From UHGV virus genome UHGV-0381259: a DNA stretch of 21,264 nt; one strand, given 5' to 3'. Each line of letters opens with the position of its first letter. Position 1 is the stretch's first letter. The position numbers and the translations under genes are program-made. Origin of the DNA: a virus. The notes below the pieces were generated by a model. It saw nothing but the letters and a program-made list of their open reading frames with translations, ran no database searches and had not been told where the DNA came from. Shown one piece after another: positions 1-6,686 of this stretch.

Positions 1-2
1 AT

Positions 3-179
3 TTTTTGGAGTCTTTGAAGCTCCAGCGCATTGATTTTTTTCTTAAGCTTGTAGCGGCTAGTGAGTGTAGTGATGAAGAGAAGGGGCTGGCTCTGCAGTG
101 GGTTTCTGAATTGACTGATGAACTCATGGCAAAAATCAGAAGCCACGAATACAACCGCTCAATGGATGTCATCAGCTGA
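3..179 (+). CDS. 3' end of an upstream CDS of unknown function (partial, open at the window edge)
   Basis: Frame 3 is open from the window edge to TGA at 177-179 (...ELTDELMAKIRSHEYNRSMDVIS*); no start in window; product not recognised. Confidence 0.25.
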   Translation, partial: FLESLKLQRIDFFLKLVAASECSDEEKGLALQWVSELTDELMAKIRSHEYNRSMDVIS

Positions 180-189
180 GGTGACTTTT

Positions 190-423
190 ATGCGCATTGA
201 AATAATGATCGATAAAGAGCAGAAGATTAGCCAGTCTACCCTGGACGCCCTTAAATCCGAGCTTTACCGCAATCTGCGCCCCCTGTATCCCAAAACGGTA
301 ATCCGTATCCGTAAAGGTAGCTCTAACGGTGTGGAACTGACCGGACTGCAACTGGACGAAGAAAGAAAACAAGTGATGAAAATTATGCAGAAGGTGTGGG
401 AAGACGACAGCTGGCTGCATTAA
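190..423 (+). CDS. DinI-like small protein (DNA-damage-inducible protein I family)
   Basis: 77-aa product MRIEIMIDKEQ...LYRNLRPLYPKTVIRIRKG...VMKIMQKVWEDDSWLH resembles DinI in length and in the conserved N-terminal MRIE and C-terminal W-x-D-W motifs; GAGGTG RBS 5 nt upstream of ATG 190. The track ORF from 118 is an N-terminal over-extension. Confidence 0.75.
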   Translation: MRIEIMIDKEQKISQSTLDALKSELYRNLRPLYPKTVIRIRKGSSNGVELTGLQLDEERKQVMKIMQKVWEDDSWLH

Positions 424-557
424 GAAACGTTGCTGGCGTCTGAACTTGCTTCTGGCGTCAGCAAGGTTGAACAACGAGCTGTGCGAGGCGTTAGCTCTGT
501 GGTGCATGTCTATACCGCATGAGATCGCATGATCGTTTGAGGATCGTTTTTGCTAAG

Positions 558-581
558 GCCCGCCAGAACTGGCGGGCTTTT
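558..581 (+). terminator. Rho-independent terminator-like hairpin
   Basis: GCCCGCC-agaact-GGCGGGC stem-loop followed directly by TTTT, downstream of the DinI-like gene. Confidence 0.5.
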
Positions 582-626
582 GCGTAGATCATGCAGGTGC
601 ATGAAAACCACTACATAAAGCGGGCA

Positions 627-645
627 GGCGTGGCGGGGATACGAG
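627..645. other. Candidate cos (cohesive-end) sequence of the P2-like phage
   Basis: GGCGTGGCGGGGATACGAG resembles, from memory, the 19-nt cohesive ends of P2/186 (GGCG[A/T]GGCGGGGAAAGCA-); sits in a non-coding gap. Recalled consensus, not verified. Confidence 0.25.
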
Positions 646-715
646 CGCGCGCAAATATGGAAATTAGCTGCGTTTTGTTATATATAGGAGAGATATTAAA
701 AGGGTAGGCACCACT

Positions 716-1240
716 ATGACTGTTTTACACCTTGTAGCAGACCACCTTGTTAAGCAGGCTAATACAACCCATAGAAAGGGGGAGGTGCACGCAATATTAG
801 CAGATGCATATGGTCGTTCTGCTTTTAATCGGTATTATTATGCTTGTTTTCTTAACGTCCGTGAGTTTGTTTCAACTATTGATTCCAATTGGGGCAAGGT
901 CAAGCATGCAGATGTTCCAAAATTATTACGTGATAGTGTAAGTAGAAAGATAGAAGTTGAGCTCCAAAAATCAGAAAAAATTGGCGATATAACTTTATGT
1001 GAATATAAATCTAAAAAGAGCTTAATACGTACTTCACTGAACAATATGGCTTCAACTATGGCATTGGCATATACAATTAGGGGAGTTGTTGATTATGAGC
1101 CGGAAATTGAGATGATATTCTGTAATGGCAGTTTTTCGATTAATAAAACATCAGTGGCTTCGGCTAAGGGGTGGCTACAAACCATTAATTCAGAAAGATC
1201 GAAGGTTACCAGAATTATGAAGGAGATTGGCTTTGTCTAA
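716..1240 (+). CDS. Hypothetical protein, 174 aa, first gene of AT-rich cargo cassette
   Basis: Clean ATG ORF with purine-rich RBS (AAAGGGTAGG) upstream; AT-rich codon usage unlike the phage late genes; no recognisable catalytic motif. Confidence 0.6.
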   Translation: MTVLHLVADHLVKQANTTHRKGEVHAILADAYGRSAFNRYYYACFLNVREFVSTIDSNWGKVKHADVPKLLRDSVSRKIEVELQKSEKIGDITLCEYKSKKSLIRTSLNNMASTMALAYTIRGVVDYEPEIEMIFCNGSFSINKTSVASAKGWLQTINSERSKVTRIMKEIGFV

Positions 1241-1970
1241 CCAGAAAATATTATCAGAATTGTTGGTAAAATTCCCGTTCATAAAAGTTAAAGATGTAAC
1301 AGATTTTATGGATACAATTCTGTTGATCATCCCAATTAACAAAATAGTACCATTGTCTGCTTCGAATAGTATAACAAAACGCCAGATATCTTTATTGGTG
1401 AAACGAATAACAGAAAAGCTAAATGTAAGAGTGTTGATTAGTTACTCACCATTTTCAGATAAAGACAATATTGAAGCGGCTTTAGTGGCGTTAGCGAGAA
1501 GTAATTTTAAAAAAGGGAAGATATCTGATTTGAATTTATCTTTCTTTGATTCGCAAAACGCAGTGCTTTATGTCTTTTGTAAAAACCTTACATTATCAGA
1601 ACGCGAGAAGTGGGAGTCGTTAGTTGTAGGGATATTAAACGGTTTTAATATAAAAGTGACTTCATTTGTATATGAGGCTAAAAATAATCCTGAACCTACA
1701 ATGATGGTTATTTTAAGAGCGGCAAAAAAATGTCAGCCCTTTGATCTTCCAAGATTGTTCAGTCAACTTGATAATGGCGATTATCATATTGAATCACTTG
1801 ATTGGCTGAATGGGAAGCTAGACAACTTACGTAAGAAAGGATTTTTATTAAGAAGCCATGACGGAACTTATAGAATGACATTGTCAGGGTTAGAAATAGT
1901 TCCAGTGACTAAATCTAGGCAAAGTTCTGATATAGAGAGGGTCCTTTATCTTGCACGCAAACATCTATAG
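1227..1970 (+). CDS. Hypothetical protein, about 247 aa, second gene of cargo cassette (start uncertain)
   Basis: ORF overlaps the stop of the previous gene, suggesting translational coupling; track start is TTG at 1227, first in-frame ATG near 1305. Contains VRVLISYSPFSDKD and LTLSEREKWESL motifs (see findings). Confidence 0.55.
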   Translation: MALSNQKILSELLVKFPFIKVKDVTDFMDTILLIIPINKIVPLSASNSITKRQISLLVKRITEKLNVRVLISYSPFSDKDNIEAALVALARSNFKKGKISDLNLSFFDSQNAVLYVFCKNLTLSEREKWESLVVGILNGFNIKVTSFVYEAKNNPEPTMMVILRAAKKCQPFDLPRLFSQLDNGDYHIESLDWLNGKLDNLRKKGFLLRSHDGTYRMTLSGLEIVPVTKSRQSSDIERVLYLARKHL

Positions 1971-2046
1971 TGGTATATTCGCGTTGGTAGTGGCGTTCAC
2001 GAGAGTATGCATCATGCTCATTTGTGAAGGTCGCGGACAGAATGTG

Positions 2047-2097
2047 CGCCTGCGAATCAGCAGTCGTTCCTTCGAAACGTCTGCTGATTCGCAGGCG
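2047..2097 (+). ncRNA. Candidate structured RNA element: perfect 17-bp inverted repeat hairpin upstream of the RT (possible retron msd-like stem)
   Basis: CGCCTGCGAATCAGCAG (2047-2063) pairs perfectly with CTGCTGATTCGCAGGCG (2081-2097); 17-nt loop; no U-tract after the stem; 45 bp upstream of the RT start codon. Confidence 0.3.
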
Positions 2098-2141
2098 TCA
2101 TCAACGAAAGTTTTCATCAGCTTTGCTTAAGGATTGACCTT

Positions 2142-3119
2142 ATGAAAACGCCACTACCCTTATTTTTCACATTCACTGATGCCGAACAGTTTCTTAAGGC
2201 GTTGAGCACACCGCTGAGAGATAGATATTCTGCGGAACTTATTCGACTACAAGGCCTCAGGCTTCCCCCATTAGTTTCTTGGAGTATCTTGTCTGTTGCC
2301 ATTGGCGTAAGCCCACAATTTATTACTTCGTTAATTAAGAATAAGTCAAAATACTATCGTGTTTTTTCTATTTCCAAAGGAAGAGGAAAGAAAAAAAGAA
2401 TTATTGAAGCACCCAAGGTTAGTATAAAAATCATTCAGTCTTGGGTCGCTCATCATTTAAGCATTAATCATAGTCTTGGCATAAGTGAAAATGCATATGC
2501 TTTTATCCCAGGTAAGAATGGGATATATGAAGCTGCAAGTAAACATTGTGGTGCAAAATGGATCCTGTCTATTGATTTAAGAGATTTTTTCCATACGATC
2601 ACTTCAGATATAGTGATTTCAACATTAGTTGAAATCGGATATAGAGCCGATCAGGCTGCTAAATTGAGTGAATTACTTACCTTGAATCAGAGACTTCCGC
2701 AAGGTGCGCCAAGTAGCCCTGTTATCTCAAATTTAGTATTTAGGTCAACTGACTTAAAGATTAATGAGTTGATTTCTAATACGGGTATTAAATATACTAG
2801 ATATGCTGATGATTTGACCTTCTCCGGTGATGATGAAACATTTGATATCGAGGAACTTAAAGATAATGTTGTAGAGTTGTTACTATCTGATAATTGGGTT
2901 GTGGCTGAGGAAAAACTCAGAATAGCTAGGATTCCTAATAGATTAAAAGTACATGGTTTTCTAGTTCATGAAAATAAACCTAGATTGACTAAAGGCTATC
3001 GAAATAAAATTAGAGCATATAAACATTTATTGAGGACTGGGAAAATAGTTGAGAAGGATTTTGATAAAATTAAAGGGCATGTTAACTATAGTGAATATAT
3101 TGATAGATTGAATGAGTAA
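2142..3119 (+). CDS. Reverse transcriptase, retron-type (325 aa, RT core only)
   Basis: RT motifs in the ORF: ILSIDLRDFFHTI, LPQGAPSSPVISNLVF, YTRYADDLTFSG (YADD catalytic box), KVHGFLV; size and motif spacing match compact retron RTs such as Ec86 (from memory). AAGGA RBS 8 nt upstream. Confidence 0.9.
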   Translation: MKTPLPLFFTFTDAEQFLKALSTPLRDRYSAELIRLQGLRLPPLVSWSILSVAIGVSPQFITSLIKNKSKYYRVFSISKGRGKKKRIIEAPKVSIKIIQSWVAHHLSINHSLGISENAYAFIPGKNGIYEAASKHCGAKWILSIDLRDFFHTITSDIVISTLVEIGYRADQAAKLSELLTLNQRLPQGAPSSPVISNLVFRSTDLKINELISNTGIKYTRYADDLTFSGDDETFDIEELKDNVVELLLSDNWVVAEEKLRIARIPNRLKVHGFLVHENKPRLTKGYRNKIRAYKHLLRTGKIVEKDFDKIKGHVNYSEYIDRLNE

Positions 3120-3139
3120 GGGCCTAGCCCTTACTCATT
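3111..3139. terminator. Palindromic hairpin between the convergent RT and Q genes (putative bidirectional terminator)
   Basis: AATGAGTAAGGGC-cta-GCCCTTACTCATT, a perfect 13-bp inverted repeat; the RT stop (3117-3119) and Q stop (3139-3141, minus) both lie in or at the stem. Confidence 0.45.
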
Positions 3140-4170
3140 TAATTTAATGTGTATATTCCAAAGGATATGATTTTATCTCCTATCCAGTTATTTAACTCTT
3201 CTAGTCTTCTCTGTAATGGTATTAACTCATTCCTCACAAAAACAAGGCTTGCCTTCTCCACATCCCCAAAACCCCCAACATTATTAGGCATTATCCCCAT
3301 CATTTGTGGGGGTACACGATGCGCCGCCATCATGTCGTCCCGGCTTACGTTCTTGATGTTCAGAAACTCATCCTTCGCCGCGACTTCTGATAACGGGATA
3401 ATCTGAAGTCCGTCCTTTTTGCCGTTAGGAGAGTACATAAACAGATTGCGGAAGTTACCTGGTCCTTTGGCGCTTTTCATTGCATTGCGGAGGTTGTTCA
3501 CATCCTCCTGGTTTTGTGCGGCGTCGGTCATGTACATGATGAAGCCTGCATGACTGCCGTTGATGTAATACTTCCGGCGGAACAGCGTGGCGGACTCGTT
3601 GAGCAGGGCTGACGGAATGGCAGAAAGATAACCGGGCAGGCCGTAGATCTCCTGGTTGATGTCCGGTTCCATCAGATGAAAAATGCTGCCTTTCGTGAAC
3701 TGATACGGCTGGGTTGTCATACCGTATTGCACAAACCAGTAGGTATCCAGGTCTAACCCGCGTCGGGTGTATTTTGCCAGAGCAGGCTCAAGGGCGATAA
3801 CTTCACCAAACCGGTTCGTGCGTTTCTCCAGGTAGGCGTTACCAAATACCAGATAGTCCTGCACAAAACGTGAAAAAGCCTGTTGGCTGAGCAGCGGGTG
3901 AGGGATGTAGGTGCTGGTCAGAATGTTGCATTTCACCGCAATCGGTGAGCTGTGATGCACGGCGGCGCGGAAGGTTCGCGCCAGTCCGTCAAAGCTGACG
4001 GGAGGCTCATACCAGCGATCTGTCTGTACGCATTCCACATAGTCCAGCAGTTCGCGGCGGTCAAGTACTGGAATGGGATCACCGAAGCTGAAAGCCTCAG
4101 CCGTTGGAGCGTTGCCTGGTTTTGTGTTGTGATCAACCTTTACCAGTTTGATGTTTTTATGTTTGCTCAT
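3139..4170 (-). CDS. Q: Portal vertex protein Q (P2 gpQ family)
   Basis: 343-aa product with strong similarity to P2 gpQ as recalled (PVLDRR..LDYVEC...WYEPPVSF...RAAVHHSSPI...FVRNELIPLQ); correct size and position next to the terminase gene. Confidence 0.93.
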   Translation of the reverse strand: MSKHKNIKLVKVDHNTKPGNAPTAEAFSFGDPIPVLDRRELLDYVECVQTDRWYEPPVSFDGLARTFRAAVHHSSPIAVKCNILTSTYIPHPLLSQQAFSRFVQDYLVFGNAYLEKRTNRFGEVIALEPALAKYTRRGLDLDTYWFVQYGMTTQPYQFTKGSIFHLMEPDINQEIYGLPGYLSAIPSALLNESATLFRRKYYINGSHAGFIMYMTDAAQNQEDVNNLRNAMKSAKGPGNFRNLFMYSPNGKKDGLQIIPLSEVAAKDEFLNIKNVSRDDMMAAHRVPPQMMGIMPNNVGGFGDVEKASLVFVRNELIPLQRRLEELNNWIGDKIISFGIYTLN

Positions 4171-4874
4171 TCTGCCAGCTCCTCGTTAGCAAGAGGCCAT
4201 TCGCACATAAACAGCATTCCCCAGTCCTCTGCTGATAATTCTTTTTTCATATCATTCAGCCAGTTATCAGTAAACAACATTGCTCCTGATGCTACTGCAT
4301 CATCAGCGGTGAATACCATGCGGGTTACACTGTTGTTTCTGCTTAGCTTTTTATATTCCTGCCATGCCTCCGGGTTAGGGCTGGGAGTGGTGTAGTAGGT
4401 GGCGTGGTGGTGTGCGTGCAAGGACATTCCTTTGGCGAGAGTAATCATATTTCTCGGTGATTCAGCCCAGGCATACTCTGACACGTAGACATTTCCACTG
4501 AGTGCGGCGGCGTGGCACTTGAGGTCGATAAAATAAATGACCGCACCATTGGGAAACTCCAGATATGTTTTGCCAGATTTTATTTTTCCAGTGCGCGTAT
4601 AAGCTGCGGTCTGGCTTAAAAATGCTGACACATAGGCTTTGACTGCCTGCGCTGATGCGGTGCTGCAGCAGAGGAAAATCTGGTTACGCCCGGTATGCAG
4701 TGCATCGATCAGGGCCTCATAGGCAAAAAAGAAATCCGCTCCTGCCTGGCGCATTTTTGTGAGTAAACGGTTTCTACTCTTTGGGCCAGTGTTCCACTCA
4801 TACTGGTAATCAAAGAAAGTGCTATCCACCGGAAGTCCCGCGATAGTCATGAGGTTAGTTGGGATTGGGGGCAT
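4167..4874 (-). CDS. Terminase-ATPase-domain paralog (truncated gpP-like protein, about 235 aa)
   Basis: Product aligns to the N-terminal ATPase region of the adjacent gpP (FFFAYEALIDALHTGRNQIFL vs FYFAHEALIDALLTGRNQIFL; FPNGAVIYF vs LPNGATLYF; SGNVYVSEYAWA vs HGNLYLDEYFWI; LFMCEW vs LLMCEF) but has no nuclease half. Its start overlaps the P stop (TGATG) and its stop overlaps the Q start (ATGA). Confidence 0.6.
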   Translation of the reverse strand: MPPIPTNLMTIAGLPVDSTFFDYQYEWNTGPKSRNRLLTKMRQAGADFFFAYEALIDALHTGRNQIFLCCSTASAQAVKAYVSAFLSQTAAYTRTGKIKSGKTYLEFPNGAVIYFIDLKCHAAALSGNVYVSEYAWAESPRNMITLAKGMSLHAHHHATYYTTPSPNPEAWQEYKKLSRNNSVTRMVFTADDAVASGAMLFTDNWLNDMKKELSAEDWGMLFMCEWPLANEELAE

Positions 4875-6640
4875 CAAAAAATCTCCACAATATTGCTGGT
4901 ATTGGCGGACTCGCCCTGCAGCGGTTCGTTAAACAGTGCGTGCATTGTTGCCCAGGCCAGATCGGCATGGCTGGCTTCTTCGCTGCGGCTGGCTTCATAG
5001 GTCGGGCGGTTGCCGCTGGCGGTGGTGGCGCGACGGATTGCCATAAATGACTGCGCAATGTCGGTGTGCCCGGCGTCAAACTCCAGACGGCGGTGGCTGA
5101 TAATGTCGTAGGCCTTGAGTACCAGGGCGTTTTTAACGTTGGGGTTGTAGACAAACTCCCGGACGGCAGGAAAGAACGCTTTCACGTTCTCGTAAACTCC
5201 GTGACCGACACCTGTCGAGTCGATACCGATATAGGTCACGTTGTACTGTTCGGTCAGTTTTTTGATGGCGTCAGCCTGGGCGCGGAAGTCCATCCCGCGC
5301 CACTGGTGACGCTCAAGAATGCGAAACTTACCGCCTGGCACGGCTGGCGGTGCCACCACCACGCATCCGGCGCTGTCGCCGTTCTGCGTACCTTTTGCCG
5401 GGTCATAACCGATCCACACTTCTCGCCAGCCAAACGGGCGCAGGGCCAGTGCATGAAAGTCGGTCCAGACTTCCCAACTGTCCACCATGCATGCCTGCAG
5501 CTCGCTGAGCGGAAATACGGACGCGAGATCGTCCACGAATTCACACATCAGCAGGTTCTGGTATTCGTCCGGGCTGTATTCCATGCGCAACTGGTCAAGG
5601 TCGAACAGGTTACAGCCGCCGCGCACCGCATCTTCCACGGTGACTATCTGGCGGTATTGCCCGTCTGCACACAGCAGGCCTGGAGCCAGATTGCTGTGGG
5701 ACAGGTCGATGTCCACCTTGTCGGCTTTATTGCGCCCACGGTTGAATAGCGCACCGGACCAGAACGGATAAGCACTGTGTGTCAGGCTGGATGGCGTGGA
5801 AAAATAGGTTTGTCGCCATTTTTTGTGAATAGCCATACCGGAAGCCACTTTGCGCAGCTCCTGGAATTTCGGTATCCAGAAATATTCATCCAGATACAGG
5901 TTTCCGTGGTAACTCTGGGCCGTGCGGGCATTGGTGCCGAGGAAATACAGTGTGGCCCCGTTGGGAAGCACCATCGGATCGCCTTTCAGCTCCACTTCCA
6001 CTTCTTTGGCGAAGTCGATGATGTACTGCTTAAAGACGTGGGCCTGTGCCTTGCTGGCGGAAAGGAAAATCTGGTTACGTCCGGTAAGCAGAGCGTCAAT
6101 CAGGGCTTCATGGGCAAAGTAAAAGGTCGCGCCGATCTGGCGTGACTTCAGCAGGTTGCGGATGCGGTTGGTTTTTCCGGCTTCCCACCAGTGGCGCTGG
6201 TAGTTGAACATGGAGGAATGGAAGATTTCTTCCAGCTTCTCAATCTGCTCATCGGTGAAAACATTCTTTTCCGGCTGACGGCGCGGGCCTTTGTTGCGGT
6301 TGGCGACGTTAGGGTTTAAGTCGACTTCGTTGCCGCCATTGTTAAACTTGCCGATCCGCGCGTGGCGTTCCGACTGGCGCGCCAGCAGGTCAATCTCTTT
6401 GAAATCTTTCCCTTCTTTGTGCTCCTTCATAATGAGCTGGCAGTAGCGTGCGGCGGTGGTGAGCTGCATCTGATCCAGCGGCCCATAGTCACCCCACTTG
6501 TCGCGTTTCTTCCAGCTGTGAACGGTTGCAACTTTCTCGCCCAGCATTTCAGCAATGCGGGCTACACGGTATCCCTGAAAGTACAGCAGCATGGCCTGCC
6601 GACGGGGATCGAGATCTGCGGGTGTCAGTGTGGTGTTCAT
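4874..6640 (-). CDS. P: Terminase large (ATPase) subunit P (P2 gpP family)
   Basis: 588-aa product matching P2 gpP in length and sequence character; divergent from the O gene across the late promoter region. Confidence 0.93.
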   Translation of the reverse strand: MNTTLTPADLDPRRQAMLLYFQGYRVARIAEMLGEKVATVHSWKKRDKWGDYGPLDQMQLTTAARYCQLIMKEHKEGKDFKEIDLLARQSERHARIGKFNNGGNEVDLNPNVANRNKGPRRQPEKNVFTDEQIEKLEEIFHSSMFNYQRHWWEAGKTNRIRNLLKSRQIGATFYFAHEALIDALLTGRNQIFLSASKAQAHVFKQYIIDFAKEVEVELKGDPMVLPNGATLYFLGTNARTAQSYHGNLYLDEYFWIPKFQELRKVASGMAIHKKWRQTYFSTPSSLTHSAYPFWSGALFNRGRNKADKVDIDLSHSNLAPGLLCADGQYRQIVTVEDAVRGGCNLFDLDQLRMEYSPDEYQNLLMCEFVDDLASVFPLSELQACMVDSWEVWTDFHALALRPFGWREVWIGYDPAKGTQNGDSAGCVVVAPPAVPGGKFRILERHQWRGMDFRAQADAIKKLTEQYNVTYIGIDSTGVGHGVYENVKAFFPAVREFVYNPNVKNALVLKAYDIISHRRLEFDAGHTDIAQSFMAIRRATTASGNRPTYEASRSEEASHADLAWATMHALFNEPLQGESANTSNIVEIF

Positions 6641-6686
6641 GGCACAAACCTACAGCCTTGAATGAAGGCTTTCCCCGCCTGCGGTT

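Noticed and set aside
118-189. N-terminal extension of the DinI-like ORF from ATG 118
   Set aside because: DinI-family proteins are about 80 aa and start with MRIE; an RBS precedes ATG 190; the extension overlaps the upstream partial ORF.
424-556. Short direct repeats (CTGGCGTC twice; GATCGTTT twice) between the DinI-like gene and its terminator
   Set aside because: Very short, few copies, no spacer regularity; not a CRISPR array or iteron set that I can support.
655-705. Sigma-70 promoter for the cargo cassette in the AT-rich stretch upstream of ORF1 (TTGTTA ... TATATA)
   Set aside because: Several overlapping -35/-10-like hexamers but none with convincing 17-bp spacing; a promoter here is likely but I cannot place it from sequence alone.
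736-795. R-x4-H motif (RKGEVH) in the first cargo protein as a possible HEPN nuclease signature
   Set aside because: A six-residue motif this simple is expected by chance, and it sits at the extreme N-terminus rather than at the end of a helical domain; not enough to call a HEPN domain.
5066-5749. 227-aa plus-strand ORF (and neighbours 5254-5544, 5487-5771, 5777-6145) inside the terminase P gene
   Set aside because: Antisense to a well-supported, conserved gene; long chance ORFs are expected on the opposite strand of GC-rich coding DNA; no phage-like or other recognisable protein features.
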